DNA of 64,000 bases from Thermodesulfobacteriota bacterium (GTDB lineage Bacteria > Desulfobacterota > Binatia > Bin18), in the NCBI GenBank assembly GCA_964291405.2, contig OZ219926.1:2240001-2304000 (forward strand), written 5' to 3'. Below, in pieces: positions 44,762 to 55,333 of this stretch. Under the pieces are notes generated by a model. The model had not been told where the DNA came from. It saw nothing but the letters and a program-made list of their open reading frames with translations, and made no database searches. Each line of letters starts with the position of its first letter. Positions within the stretch are counted from its first letter, which is position 1. The position numbers and the translations under genes were made by a program.

Positions 44762-44913
44762 AGCAAAATTCACATGAGTGTAGCGTCCAACGGCCTCCGC
44801 GCGTTTCCTGATAAGTAGGGTGCGCCCTGCGCACCGGGGAAAGGTGGTGCATGGGATGCACCCGACGGAACTCTGGAGAGCACCTCGCTACACCACGGAG
44901 GAAACTGCTCTAG
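44758..44913. mobile_element. 156-bp MITE, copy 2 (inverted)
   Basis: Reverse complement of 1683-1838; contains GTAGGGTGCGCCCTGCGCACC...GGTGCATGGGATGCACCCGAC REP pair. Confidence 0.8.
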
Positions 44914-44918
44914 CCGAT

Positions 44919-45143
44919 TTATTGGTGAGATTCGGACGCTGTTTCTTGCGGCGTTTCGGCAACTTCCAGGGCTTCCCCTTTGGGACCGGTCCGTCTGACC
45001 CGTCTCAGTTCAAGTGTTCGAACAGTATCGGGATTTACCCACGGCAGACCCATGGCGCAGGGTTTTGCCATGCCTTCCTCCTCAACCTCTTCATAGTGTG
45101 GAAAGCCTGCCCTGCCGAAGTCGACCATCATCCGTTTGCCCAT
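44919..45143 (-). CDS. Small hypothetical protein
   Basis: GAGGAG SD before ATG 45143; fills the gap before the divergent ileS. Confidence 0.6.
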   Translation of the reverse strand: MGKRMMVDFGRAGFPHYEEVEEEGMAKPCAMGLPWVNPDTVRTLELRRVRRTGPKGEALEVAETPQETASESHQ

Positions 45144-45299
45144 CCGCGATTCTCCTCATGATCTTGATGCTCTATTACATGGCCCTTCTGTGACATCGGG
45201 TCAAGTCCGCCCATCCGTACCGAGTGCCCTCTAGCAAAATGAGACCCCAATCGGTAGCCTAGATGACAAATCTACTGTTCGGGTGAGGAATACAACGAG

Positions 45300-48200
45300 A
45301 TGAAACCGGTTGCGGAAAACGTGAAGCTGGCCGAGGTCGAACTTGCAGTGCTACAGGCGTGGGATAGGAACGATATTTTTCAGAAGACCTTGGCCAAAAC
45401 CCAATCGCAACCGCCCTTTATTTTCTATGACGGTCCACCCTTTGCGACTGGACTCCCGCACTACGGGCATTTATTGGCTGGGACGATTAAAGACATTATT
45501 CCCCGTTTTTGGACCATGCGCGGGCGGCATGTGGACCGCCGATTTGGCTGGGACTGTCACGGTCTGCCGGTCGAGATGGAAATCGAGCAGGCCCTCGGAG
45601 TGAGCGGCAAAGCCGAGATCGAAAAATTCGGGATTGCCAATTTTAATAATGAGTGCCGGAAGATTGTCCTGCGCTACACCCAGGAGTGGGAAAAAACGGT
45701 GCGGCGGATGGGCCGCTGGGTCGATTTCCGGAATGACTATCGGACCATGGATGCCTCCTTCATGGAGACCGTGTGGTGGGTATTCCGGCAGATGTGGGAC
45801 CAGGACCTGGTTTATGAAGGCTATAAAGTCCTGCCGTTTTCCACCCGGCTGGGAACCGTGCTGTCTAATTTTGAAGCCAACCTGAACTATAAAGACGTCC
45901 AAGACCCGGCTATCACGGTGCGCTTTGCGGCCGAAGGCGAAGAGCAGGTCTTTTTTATTGCCTGGACCACCACCCCCTGGACCCTACCGTCGAATCTGGC
46001 CTTAGCCGTTGGCTCTGACATCGACTATGTGAAAGTCCGCGACCACACGGATAAAGTCAGCTACATTATGGCCGAGGCCCGGCTCAAGACCTACTTCCCC
46101 AAGGAAGACAGCTACACTATTGAGGCCCGCTATCAGGGTAAAGACCTCGCCGGACGGACGTTTATCCCGCTGTTTCCCTATTTTGTCGATCAAAAGGAGG
46201 GCGGCGCTTTTCGGGTTATCGAGTCCGAGCATGTGACCACCGAAGACGGGACCGGTATCGTCCATATGGCCCCGGCCTTTGGGGAAGAGGATTTTTATGC
46301 CTGCCAGAAGGCGGGTATTCCCTTGGTGAACCCGGTCGATGATGACGGCCGGTTTACCTCGGATGTCAGGGATTTTGTGGGCCTGCACGTCAAAGAAGCC
46401 GACCCCAAAATCATCCAGCGGCTCAAACAGGCAAAACAACTCGTTCACCAGGGTACGATCCAACACAGTTATCCCTTCTGTTGGCGGAGCGAGACCCCTC
46501 TCATCTATAAGGCTGTTACGACCTGGTTTGTGCGGGTTGAAGCCCTTCGGGAGCGGCTGGTGAAAAATAACCAGCTGACGGCCTGGGTCCCGGATCATCT
46601 ACGAGACGGGCGCTTTGGCAACTGGCTGGAGAACGCGCGCGACTGGGCGATTAGCCGTAATCGGTATTGGGGGACACCGCTGCCGATCTGGAAAAACGAT
46701 ACCGGCTCCGAAGTCGTGAGCCTGGGCAGCATTGATGAACTCGCCGAGCGGACCGGAACGCGGGTAGACGATCTCCATCGTGAATTTGTCGATGACCTGA
46801 CGTTTCCCGACTCAACCGGGAGCGGTGTCATGCGACGGGTGCCACAGGTGTTCGACTGCTGGTTTGAGAGTGGCTCGATGCCCTATGCACAAATTCACTA
46901 TCCGTTTGAGAACGCCGAGCACTTCTCACGGGTGTTTCCCGCAGACTTTATTGCCGAAGGGCTGGACCAGACCCGAGGCTGGTTTTATACCCTGGTGGTC
47001 GTCTCTGCCGCGCTGTTTGACAAGCCGGCTTTCCACAACGTTGTTGTCAATGGGATGGTGTTGGCCGAAGACGGCAAGAAGATGAGCAAACGGCTCAAGA
47101 ACTATCCTGAGCCCGAAGAGATTCTGGCCGAGCATGGGGCCGATGCCCTGCGCCTCTACCTGATCAACTCGCCCCTGGTCCGGGCTGAGGAACTCCGCTT
47201 TAGTGAGCGCGGTGTGCGGGATACGGTCCGCCGCCTGCTCCTGCCGTGGTGGAACGCCTATAAATTCTTTGTCACGTATGCCTTGGTTGATGAGTGGCGT
47301 CCGTCACACGCGCCAGAGGCGATGTCGCCAAATATTTTGGATCGCTGGATTCTCTCGCGCAAACAAACCCTGATTCGGCGGGTCAGTGCCGAGATGGAGA
47401 ACTATCGGCTGTACAATGTGGTCCCCGCTTTGCTTGATTTTCTCAACGAGCTGACCAATTGGTATGTCCGTCTCAACCGGCGTCGTTTCTGGAGTGAGGC
47501 CGATTTTACCGCCGAAGGCAAAGAGGCGGCTGACAAACAGTACGCCTACCAGGCCCTGTACGATGTCCTGCTGACCTTTTCCAAGCTCATGGCACCGTTT
47601 ACGCCGTTTCTGGCGGATGCCATTTATACGAATCTGGTCACGCTCCAAGAGGCCGGAGCAGAAGAAAGTGTGCATCTCGAACCGTTTCCCGATTACGATG
47701 AAAGCCAGGTGGACACTCGGCTCGAAGATGCCGTGACCCGGATGCAGCGGGTAATCTTACTGGGGAGGAGTTTGCGGAACGAACGGAAGGTCAAAGTGCG
47801 CATCCCGCTCCAAACGCTAACGGTCCTCCATCGTCAACAAGGGATTCTTGATGAACTGCGTCCCTTGGAAGGCTATATGCAGGAAGAATTGAACGTCAAA
47901 GAGATCGTGTACAGCACGGCGGAAGCTGAGAAAGTCACGCTCAGCGCAAAGCCAAACGCGCAGCTCCTCGGCCCTCGCTTTGGGAAGGCCTTTGGACAGA
48001 TTCGCAAACGGATTACCGATCTGGCCATCGATCAGATGCTCATACTTGAAGCGGGAGATTCGATTCAACTCAATGGGGACGCCTTCCAACCCGAGGAGAT
48101 TCAGATCCTGCGCCATGCGCGTGAAGGGTTGCCGGATATCCGTTCGGACCGATTTATCTCTATCGATTTTCCGTGCGAGCTGAACGACGACCTGATCGCG

Positions 48201-48458
48201 GAAGGGTTGGCACGTGAGGTTGTGCATTGTATCCAACAACTCCGCAAGGAAGCTGGTTATCAGGTAGAAGACCGCATTGCGGTCAGCTATGAAGCGGATG
48301 GGCGCTTACATGATGCCATTACGCAACACAAAACCTATATCCAACAAGAGACCCTGGCCCACGCCCTGGTGCACTGCCAGCCAGGTGGAGATCAGGTCCA
48401 GAGTGTAGAGATTGATGGCGCGAATCTGACGGTTGGCGTGCAGCGTGAGTCTGCCTGA
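45300..48458 (+). CDS. ileS: Isoleucine--tRNA ligase, type 2
   Basis: DGPPFATGLPHYGH, GWDCHGLP, WTTTPWTLPSN, KMSKRLKNY; 1052 aa with type-2 C-terminus and no zinc finger. Confidence 0.96.
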   Translation: MKPVAENVKLAEVELAVLQAWDRNDIFQKTLAKTQSQPPFIFYDGPPFATGLPHYGHLLAGTIKDIIPRFWTMRGRHVDRRFGWDCHGLPVEMEIEQALGVSGKAEIEKFGIANFNNECRKIVLRYTQEWEKTVRRMGRWVDFRNDYRTMDASFMETVWWVFRQMWDQDLVYEGYKVLPFSTRLGTVLSNFEANLNYKDVQDPAITVRFAAEGEEQVFFIAWTTTPWTLPSNLALAVGSDIDYVKVRDHTDKVSYIMAEARLKTYFPKEDSYTIEARYQGKDLAGRTFIPLFPYFVDQKEGGAFRVIESEHVTTEDGTGIVHMAPAFGEEDFYACQKAGIPLVNPVDDDGRFTSDVRDFVGLHVKEADPKIIQRLKQAKQLVHQGTIQHSYPFCWRSETPLIYKAVTTWFVRVEALRERLVKNNQLTAWVPDHLRDGRFGNWLENARDWAISRNRYWGTPLPIWKNDTGSEVVSLGSIDELAERTGTRVDDLHREFVDDLTFPDSTGSGVMRRVPQVFDCWFESGSMPYAQIHYPFENAEHFSRVFPADFIAEGLDQTRGWFYTLVVVSAALFDKPAFHNVVVNGMVLAEDGKKMSKRLKNYPEPEEILAEHGADALRLYLINSPLVRAEELRFSERGVRDTVRRLLLPWWNAYKFFVTYALVDEWRPSHAPEAMSPNILDRWILSRKQTLIRRVSAEMENYRLYNVVPALLDFLNELTNWYVRLNRRRFWSEADFTAEGKEAADKQYAYQALYDVLLTFSKLMAPFTPFLADAIYTNLVTLQEAGAEESVHLEPFPDYDESQVDTRLEDAVTRMQRVILLGRSLRNERKVKVRIPLQTLTVLHRQQGILDELRPLEGYMQEELNVKEIVYSTAEAEKVTLSAKPNAQLLGPRFGKAFGQIRKRITDLAIDQMLILEAGDSIQLNGDAFQPEEIQILRHAREGLPDIRSDRFISIDFPCELNDDLIAEGLAREVVHCIQQLRKEAGYQVEDRIAVSYEADGRLHDAITQHKTYIQQETLAHALVHCQPGGDQVQSVEIDGANLTVGVQRESA

Positions 48459-48710
48459 CTGCTGCTCAGTGATTGATTCCTCTCCCATCCATTAGCACGG
48501 GGTGTGAGTGACTCGCATCCGTGGGGTGGACGCTGCGGCTCTCCTTGGGGCAACGGACCTCATACGTTTCGACGTCATTCTGCCGAATCAGCCGAGAGGA
48601 CCCTTGTGATATTGACCCGCTATCAGGGGCCGATTAAGGTGGAAAAGGTGAGGACTTGTTCCGATATTCAGAGAAAGCAAAAGAGAAGATCGTCGTCTGG
48701 GAGGTTTGAG

Positions 48711-49055
48711 ATGTACACGAAGAGCGGAATCCGATGGGGTGGTATCCTGGTACTGGCAGCGTTTCTTGTGAGCGCCTGCTCTCAACCTCTCTCAACCCGA
48801 GAGAAAGGCACACTGGGAGGCGCGGGACTCGGCGCGGCAACTGGCGCAATTATCGGGGCTGTCGTGGGGAGTCCTGGGGCTGGGGCCGCCATTGGTGGGG
48901 CGCTGGGAGGTGTCACCGGTGCCGTCGTGGGTGATAAAATGCAAAATCAAGAAACCCAGCAGCAGGACCAGCAACTTCAGCTTGAGCGGCAACGGCGCGA
49001 GCTTGAGCAGCAGCGGCAGGAACTCGAAGAACTCAAACGGCAGCAAGAATACTAA
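48711..49055 (+). CDS. Glycine-zipper lipoprotein with coiled-coil tail
   Basis: GGAGG SD; lipobox VSAC; GGAGLGAATGAIIG..GAAIGGALGG. Confidence 0.85.
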   Translation: MYTKSGIRWGGILVLAAFLVSACSQPLSTREKGTLGGAGLGAATGAIIGAVVGSPGAGAAIGGALGGVTGAVVGDKMQNQETQQQDQQLQLERQRRELEQQRQELEELKRQQEY

Positions 49056-49074
49056 ACCGGAGAAAGTGTTGGCT

Positions 49075-49785
49075 ATGAGAAAGACTGTCTTTCCTCTGCT
49101 GATGTTCATGCTGGTCTTTGTGGTCGGCTGTTCTCAGCCCTTGTCGACCCGAGAGAAGGCGACGCTGGGTGGTGCGGGTCTCGGGGCCGCCACCGGTGCA
49201 ATTATTGGCGCAGCGGTTGGAAATCCGGGGGCCGGAGCTGCCATTGGTGGAGCGCTTGGAGGTGTCACCGGTGCCGTCGCCGGTGATCGATTTCAGAAAC
49301 GTGATACTGAACTTGCAGCGAACCAGCAGCAAATCGAGCGGCAACGCCAAGAGATAGCGCGTAACCGCCAACTCCTAGAAGAACTCAAGCGACGAAATCT
49401 TGAGGCGCGTGAGACCGAGCGCGGAGTGGTGGTCAATCTTCCGGATGTCCTGTTTGAATTCGGTCGGTCTGATTTGACCGGTGATGCGCAGGGTCGAGTC
49501 CAGGGCATTGCTGATGTGCTGAATGATCAGGCTCAGGGACGACGGGTATCGATTGAAGGTCATACCGACGCTATTGGCAGCGAAGAAGCAAACCAACTCT
49601 TGTCTGAAAGACGGGCAGCCAGTGTCGCCGGTGCCTTGACGACATCGGGGGTCGACCAGGCCCGGGTGACAACAACGGGCTACGGCGAACGGTATCCGGT
49701 TGCACCCAATACCAACCCCGATGGCTCGGATAACTCAGCCGGTCGAGCCAAAAATCGCCGGGTTGAAGTCGTAATTGAAAACTAG
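49075..49785 (+). CDS. Glycine-zipper + OmpA-like peptidoglycan-binding lipoprotein
   Basis: Lipobox VVGC; IEGHTDAIG..NQLLSERRA..NRRVEV. Confidence 0.92.
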   Translation: MRKTVFPLLMFMLVFVVGCSQPLSTREKATLGGAGLGAATGAIIGAAVGNPGAGAAIGGALGGVTGAVAGDRFQKRDTELAANQQQIERQRQEIARNRQLLEELKRRNLEARETERGVVVNLPDVLFEFGRSDLTGDAQGRVQGIADVLNDQAQGRRVSIEGHTDAIGSEEANQLLSERRAASVAGALTTSGVDQARVTTTGYGERYPVAPNTNPDGSDNSAGRAKNRRVEVVIEN

Positions 49786-49811
49786 CGGTCTGCTACGAGT
49801 TGGGAAATTGC

Positions 49812-51257
49812 TCATTCCAGCAATTCTTCTTGAACGTCGGCCTCTTCCCTGTGCTCTGAAGCGGGCGTTGCCTCTGCGCTCTCCGTTTCGGGCTCTGGCT
49901 TCTCCCAAAAATCTTCTGGATTCTTATCGAACCGGGAAAAAACATAATCCCGCAGGGTAAAGACGGTCTCTCCCCCTTCCTGCATGGCAAAATGCTTTTC
50001 CGTTTCCTCTTGGACTGTCTGACCGAGTAAAACAGTCGCGAGTTTCTCACCCGCCTCATCTGTAGCGACAAGGGTGAGGGCAGGCTTGTCGAGTCCATAC
50101 AGACTCAAGTCTTCCGGGTCATCCGCGGCGATTTCAAATCCGCGTAGTCCTCGCAAGTCAGCGACAAATTGGCTGAGGGTTGCCGTCTTGAGCGTTCCTT
50201 CAGATTTTCTATCAATCTCCCACACATTCTCTTCCCCCTGTGAGAGGGTAAACCCCTCTCTCCCCTCGCGCGTAACCACGACTTGGGTGATTTTCCCTTC
50301 CGGGATACTGACAACGGCCTTATCTCGAAAATCAGTGACTGACTTACTCAGGTCTTTCAGCAGGCCGGTGCGCACAAGGTAAAGCGTTTCTCCGTCGTCA
50401 CGCTTGAGGTAACGTTGCGTTGTCCCAGCATCCACGCTTTTCTCGCCTCCAACCGATAGTGTCCGTTTTGTGTCTTCCTCAAGGTGGAGCGAAACGGTCA
50501 GTTGAGCCGGGTCAAGCCCAAAGGCTGACAGGTCGAGCAACGGTTGCTCAACGAAGTCTTCTGCCCGCATACCCTCCAGGGTCGAGAGGTAGGTTTGGAC
50601 AGCGGTCGCATCGACCGCGAATGAAGCACGGTTTTCAAACGTCCAGCCCGTATCCGCCTTGGCCAAAACAATATTGGCCTTAGAGGTATTGATGGCTATT
50701 CGGGTGACGCTGTCTCTCTCAAACGGCAGCACCGTTTTGTCTCGCAGTTCCTTGACTTCTTTGGTGAGTCCCAAGCGAAACGCCTGGCGGGTGAGATGGA
50801 GCTGCGGGTCGCCTTCTTTCTGAACATAGGCAGAAAATCCTACTGGCGTGTCTTTGCCAATCGACACTTTGGGCAGTGTCGTGCCGTCCTGCAGAGCAAT
50901 GCGCAGGACAACAGGCGGCTGGGCCAATCCGTACAAGGCGAGATCGACCGGCTCTTCGGGGGTCAGGCTGCGGGTGACCTCTTCGTCTACTATGGTGGTC
51001 AACATATTATTCACCGCAGTATCGTCGGCCTTCGCCTGGATGGGAGCCGTGATGTCCCACTCATCCGCTGCGGTCTGTTGCAGGCGGATTTCTCGCTCGG
51101 GATAGGTCAGGGTCAGTGTATCAACCGCCCCCTTCTCAAACGTCAAAACCGTCGGTTTTTCGGATTCTTGTTTGGCTTTTGGCAGCTCAACAAAATAGAC
51201 ATACGCCCCCAGGCCCAGGAGGACGACCAGCATAAGAATAGTTCGTGGCACACTCAT
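49812..51257 (-). CDS. DUF4340-type periplasmic protein
   Basis: N-terminal TM; three repeats with L..YGL..P and LRDK motifs; follows the GldG-like gene. Confidence 0.8.
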   Translation of the reverse strand: MSVPRTILMLVVLLGLGAYVYFVELPKAKQESEKPTVLTFEKGAVDTLTLTYPEREIRLQQTAADEWDITAPIQAKADDTAVNNMLTTIVDEEVTRSLTPEEPVDLALYGLAQPPVVLRIALQDGTTLPKVSIGKDTPVGFSAYVQKEGDPQLHLTRQAFRLGLTKEVKELRDKTVLPFERDSVTRIAINTSKANIVLAKADTGWTFENRASFAVDATAVQTYLSTLEGMRAEDFVEQPLLDLSAFGLDPAQLTVSLHLEEDTKRTLSVGGEKSVDAGTTQRYLKRDDGETLYLVRTGLLKDLSKSVTDFRDKAVVSIPEGKITQVVVTREGREGFTLSQGEENVWEIDRKSEGTLKTATLSQFVADLRGLRGFEIAADDPEDLSLYGLDKPALTLVATDEAGEKLATVLLGQTVQEETEKHFAMQEGGETVFTLRDYVFSRFDKNPEDFWEKPEPETESAEATPASEHREEADVQEELLE

Positions 51258-51285
51258 AACTAACCGAGAGGGGGAGACAGGCCGA

Positions 51286-52836
51286 TTACCGCCGTCGCCA
51301 CCAGGTGGCGAGCCCAGCAATGAGCAATATCTCGGGCAGAATCAGGACGGAAAGGTAAAAGACCGTCGTTCCTTGGTCGGCAGTGAGTTGAACGCGTGAG
51401 GCGCGAATCGTCCGGGGGCGGATGGAAATAAGCTCTTCTTCCCCGACGAGCCAGCTCACGGTGTTCAGTAACAAGTCCCGGTTAAAATACTGACCAATAA
51501 ATTGATTGTTGGCAAAACCGGCATTGCCAAAGACCACCATCCGGGCGGTATCCGCAAGCTCCTGATCTATTTCTTTCAGATCCGCTGTGACTGCGGTGGC
51601 CAGCGAGATAGGGCCTTTGCGATCATGATCGTCGAGCCGCACGCTTTGGTTTTGGAATACCTCCTCCAGGTCGGTTTCCGCCCAGGCGTTCGGCCCGGTC
51701 TTGACCAGGCTGACGGGTGTGATTCCAGCCCGGCCGTTAATGTCCGCTTCAACAGAGCGGGAAATTCCGTAGGTTGTCAACGCCGCCGAGCCGCGACGGC
51801 TCAGGTCCGTGGTGATCGGATGTTCCCCGTAGGTCTGGGCCAAGGGAGTGAGGGTAAACGTCCGACCGCGCAACAGTTGGAGTTGTTCATCGACGATGAC
51901 ATCGTTACCGACCTGAATCCCCCACTGAGCCAGATACGGAATCAACTCTGGCGTTGCCCGCGGATTGAGCAGGAAGAGCGCCGCGCCGGCCTTTTTCAAA
52001 TAGGCGTCGATCAACTGGGTCTCATGGGCGAGGAGGGAACGCTGCGCTCCGGCAACGATCAGCAGATTGGCCTCTTCCGGTACGGACGTATCCGGCGCGA
52101 GGACTAGCGTGTTGACGGTATAGCCCTCGTTTTCAAGCGCGGTCCTGAGTTGCCCATAACTCCCGGCATCCTGGAGGTCCTGGCTGCTGGGCTCGCCATG
52201 CCCTTCGAGAAAGTAGATGGTTTTCTTGTCGGGACGGGAGATTTTGATGATACCGTTGGTCAGGTCTTCTTCTGTTGTTTTGTTAATGAGATTGGTCTGG
52301 TCTCCATAGCGCAACACAATGGTCGGAATCGTGCTGACCTGAAATCGCTCGGCCAAATCCGGCCGCTGGTCGGGGTCGATGATCCGCGAGGAAATTTTGT
52401 CCGAATCATACTCATAGCTGCTTAGCAGCTCGCGCAGCTGTGGGTCCGAGCCGGCTTGGACAAAAGCGTCAATTTCAAGTTTTTTATCCAACTGGCGGAG
52501 CACATTCTCTGACTGCGGAGACAGGCTATAGACCTTGGCCTCAGTCAAGTCGAAGCGATGATGGTGACGGGTGGACAGATAATTCACCAGGATGAGGATA
52601 CCGATAAAGAGCAGAGAATAGACCGCGGCGCTGGCCCCGTATTTGGTCGAGCGCTCGCCAAGAAAGGTTTTGACCGACCCTCTGGATGAGACGAGTGCGC
52701 CAATCACGGCAACGAGGCCGGTCAGAGTGTGAACGAGAACATAGGCGGAAAAATGGCGGGTCAGAAAGTAGGCCACTCCGGCAAACAGCAGTAGAATGAC
52801 CCCAACCACTCCGTAAAACGAACCAAGACGCGCCAT
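51286..52836 (-). CDS. GldG-like ABC transporter auxiliary component
   Basis: RFDLTEAKVYSLS, IYFLEGHGE, NRDLLLNTVSWL, C-terminal TM + WWRRR. Confidence 0.87.
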   Translation of the reverse strand: MARLGSFYGVVGVILLLFAGVAYFLTRHFSAYVLVHTLTGLVAVIGALVSSRGSVKTFLGERSTKYGASAAVYSLLFIGILILVNYLSTRHHHRFDLTEAKVYSLSPQSENVLRQLDKKLEIDAFVQAGSDPQLRELLSSYEYDSDKISSRIIDPDQRPDLAERFQVSTIPTIVLRYGDQTNLINKTTEEDLTNGIIKISRPDKKTIYFLEGHGEPSSQDLQDAGSYGQLRTALENEGYTVNTLVLAPDTSVPEEANLLIVAGAQRSLLAHETQLIDAYLKKAGAALFLLNPRATPELIPYLAQWGIQVGNDVIVDEQLQLLRGRTFTLTPLAQTYGEHPITTDLSRRGSAALTTYGISRSVEADINGRAGITPVSLVKTGPNAWAETDLEEVFQNQSVRLDDHDRKGPISLATAVTADLKEIDQELADTARMVVFGNAGFANNQFIGQYFNRDLLLNTVSWLVGEEELISIRPRTIRASRVQLTADQGTTVFYLSVLILPEILLIAGLATWWRRR

Positions 52837-52840
52837 AGCA

Positions 52841-53611
52841 CTACCTCCAGCGCAGCGATTCAACCGAACGCTGGGTCAAAAATAGGGACAGCAGGATCAG
52901 ACTGGCGAAGTACACCAAATCTTGGGTGTCGATGAGACCGTTGACCATTTCGGCAAAGTGTTCGGTGACGGATAAATAGCGCAAGAGGGGTCCGAGCACC
53001 TCACCGGCGGTATCGGCTGGCCAGCCGATAATATACAGCAGCATAGTGGCCACCAACCCGCTCACTGCGGCTATGATCTGGTTTTCGGTAAACGACGAGG
53101 TGAGGAGTCCGACGGCGACAAAGGAAGTCGCCAGCAGCAACAAGCCGAGATAGCCGGCTAGCAGGACTCCAATCTCCGGATTGCCAAACGCAATCAGCAC
53201 CGCCGGGTATACCCCGGTCAGGCCAAGCATGATGCAGATGAATAGAAACGAGGCCAGGAATTTGCCTAACACAATCTCGCCTGTGCGGAGTGGAGAGGTC
53301 AGGAGGAGTTCGTAGGTGCCGCCCTTTTTTTCTTCCGCATAGGCGCGCATCGTGATCATAGGAACGAGAATGACCAGCACAATAGACAGGTTATGCATCA
53401 GCGGGGCAATGACAAACTCGTTCAGATTCAGCTGATCTGCCGCTCCCTGCTGGAGCTGGGTATAAATACTGAGCAGCACATTAAAACGGGAGAGCAGGTT
53501 AAAGAAGAACCAGCCGCCCAGCAAGAGAAATCCGGTCAGGACAACGTAGGCAATGGGCGAGACAAAATACGCCCGCAGCTCTTTACGAATGATGGTAAAT
53601 ACGTTTCTCAT
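52841..53611 (-). CDS. ABC-2 permease (GldF-like)
   Basis: KELRAYFVSPIAY, ITMRAYAEEKKGGTYELLLTSP, ENQIIAA. Confidence 0.9.
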   Translation of the reverse strand: MRNVFTIIRKELRAYFVSPIAYVVLTGFLLLGGWFFFNLLSRFNVLLSIYTQLQQGAADQLNLNEFVIAPLMHNLSIVLVILVPMITMRAYAEEKKGGTYELLLTSPLRTGEIVLGKFLASFLFICIMLGLTGVYPAVLIAFGNPEIGVLLAGYLGLLLLATSFVAVGLLTSSFTENQIIAAVSGLVATMLLYIIGWPADTAGEVLGPLLRYLSVTEHFAEMVNGLIDTQDLVYFASLILLSLFLTQRSVESLRWR

Positions 53612-54354
53612 TCCGCAGCCTCCTCCACCGTTTCCGCCGCTCCCGGATCTTCCTGGGCAATGGCTTTGAGAAACACGTCTTCAAGAGTCTGGTCTTGGGC
53701 GAGGTTCGCGAGCATATCCTCGGCCACGACTTTTCCGGCGTTAATGATCACGACTTTCTCACACACCTGAGCGACTTCGGGCAGGATATGCGTGGACAGG
53801 ATAACAGTATGCTCGCCGGCAAGCTCCTTAATCAAGGATCGAATGCCAATAATCTGCTGCGGGTCGAGGCCGACCGTTGGCTCGTCCAGAATGAGAACGC
53901 TCGGATTATGGATAATCGCTTGGGCCAGTCCTACCCGTTGCCGATAGCCTTTTGAAAGATAGCCGGTGACCCGGTACGCAACATCGGTCAGGCCACAGCG
54001 TTCCAGCACACGGTCCAGAGCGTCCGGTATATCCGCACGAGCCATGCCTTTGATGCGGGCGACAAAACGCAGATACGCGGTGACCGTCATATCGTTATAG
54101 AGCGGTGGGGATTCCGGGAGATACCCGATCCGTTTGCGCGCCTCAAAGGATTCATCAAAGATATCGAATCCCGCTACTTTGACGGTGCCCGTTGTTGCCG
54201 GCATAAAGCCCGTAATAATGCGCATGGTCGTGGTTTTCCCAGAACCGTTCGGTCCGAGAAAGCCGAGGATCTGACCTGACTCAACCTGGAAGGAGATGTC
54301 AGACACCGCGGTCAAGTCACCGTAGCGCTTAGTAAGATTTTGTACTTCTATCAT
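53608..54354 (-). CDS. ABC transporter ATP-binding protein (GldA-like)
   Basis: GPNGSGKTT, LSKGYRQRVGLAQA, LDEPTVGLDP. Confidence 0.93.
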   Translation of the reverse strand: MIEVQNLTKRYGDLTAVSDISFQVESGQILGFLGPNGSGKTTTMRIITGFMPATTGTVKVAGFDIFDESFEARKRIGYLPESPPLYNDMTVTAYLRFVARIKGMARADIPDALDRVLERCGLTDVAYRVTGYLSKGYRQRVGLAQAIIHNPSVLILDEPTVGLDPQQIIGIRSLIKELAGEHTVILSTHILPEVAQVCEKVVIINAGKVVAEDMLANLAQDQTLEDVFLKAIAQEDPGAAETVEEAAE

Positions 54355-54656
54355 GGTCTTGTTACGCCTGAGAATGGATAATACACGGGATGACAAAAAT
54401 CCACTTTTGGCAGGAATCTTTAAGACGGGTTTCCCCTCTTGTCAAGTTGGCCAAGGGCAAGAGGGTTGCCTCTGCCGCTGTTAGACGGGAAAACTCCTGC
54501 GCCATTCATACCCCTTTACTCCCCAGCGAGCGAGGGTCTGTTAGGAAAGAGGCAGGCTCGATACTATGATCTGGGGTACGCCTTTGTATTTTTTGCGACT
54601 CTGTGCTGAATAGTCATGTCTCCTTTCACGTCTCACCCTAAGGATGCTGGAAAACG

Positions 54657-55229
54657 GTGGAAGTAAGCGATTGGGAACTCGTCCGGCGTTGCAAGCAGGA
54701 TGACCGTCAGGCGTTTCAAGAACTGGTCGAGCGGTATCAGCGAAAGGCGGTGGCAATTGCACTGGGAATGCTCCACGACCGTGAAGATGCCCTCGAGGTC
54801 GTCCAAGAAGCGTTTACCAAGGTTTTTACGAGTATCAATAAGTTTAAAGAAGAGTCCAGTTTTTACACATGGTTGTATCGAATCATTGTAAATCTATCTA
54901 TTGACCGACAGCGCCAGCGTAGCCGACGATCAATATTCGAGCGACATCAGTCAAGGGGAGATGACGATGACGATTGGATTGAGAGTATTCCAGATACGCA
55001 GGGCCTTGACCCTTCAGATCTCGTTGCCGAGCGCGAACTTGGACAGCATATCCGGGCTGCTATTGACGAGTTGACGCCTGCCCATAAAGCGGTCATATTA
55101 CTACGGGCAGTCGAAGGGCTGTCCTACGAAGAGATCAGTCAGGTGTTGCAGTGTTCCAGGGGGACGGTGATGAGTCGCTTGCACTATGCAAGAAAAAGGC
55201 TGCAAAAACGCCTAGGGCACGACCTCTAA
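54657..55229 (+). CDS. ECF sigma factor (RpoE-like)
   Basis: AFQELVERYQ, VVQEAF, SSFYTWLYRI, GLSYEEI..GTVMSRLHYAR. Confidence 0.93.
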   Translation: MEVSDWELVRRCKQDDRQAFQELVERYQRKAVAIALGMLHDREDALEVVQEAFTKVFTSINKFKEESSFYTWLYRIIVNLSIDRQRQRSRRSIFERHQSRGDDDDDWIESIPDTQGLDPSDLVAERELGQHIRAAIDELTPAHKAVILLRAVEGLSYEEISQVLQCSRGTVMSRLHYARKRLQKRLGHDL

Positions 55230-55333
55230 CCAGAACTTTCGACCTATGATTCGTATCTCTTGTCAGACACCGCCTCCCGCCTTTCCCCGCACCGTCAGGT
55301 GGGAAGCTCGTTAAGATCGGGATAGAGCAACGT

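Noticed and set aside
48496-48523. Hairpin after ileS as ncRNA or terminator
   Set aside because: No U-tract and no tRNA or known ncRNA features; insufficient evidence.
49812-54354. GldA/F/G-like cluster as evidence of gliding motility
   Set aside because: This ABC + DUF4340 module is widespread in non-gliding bacteria; no other gld/T9SS genes are present.
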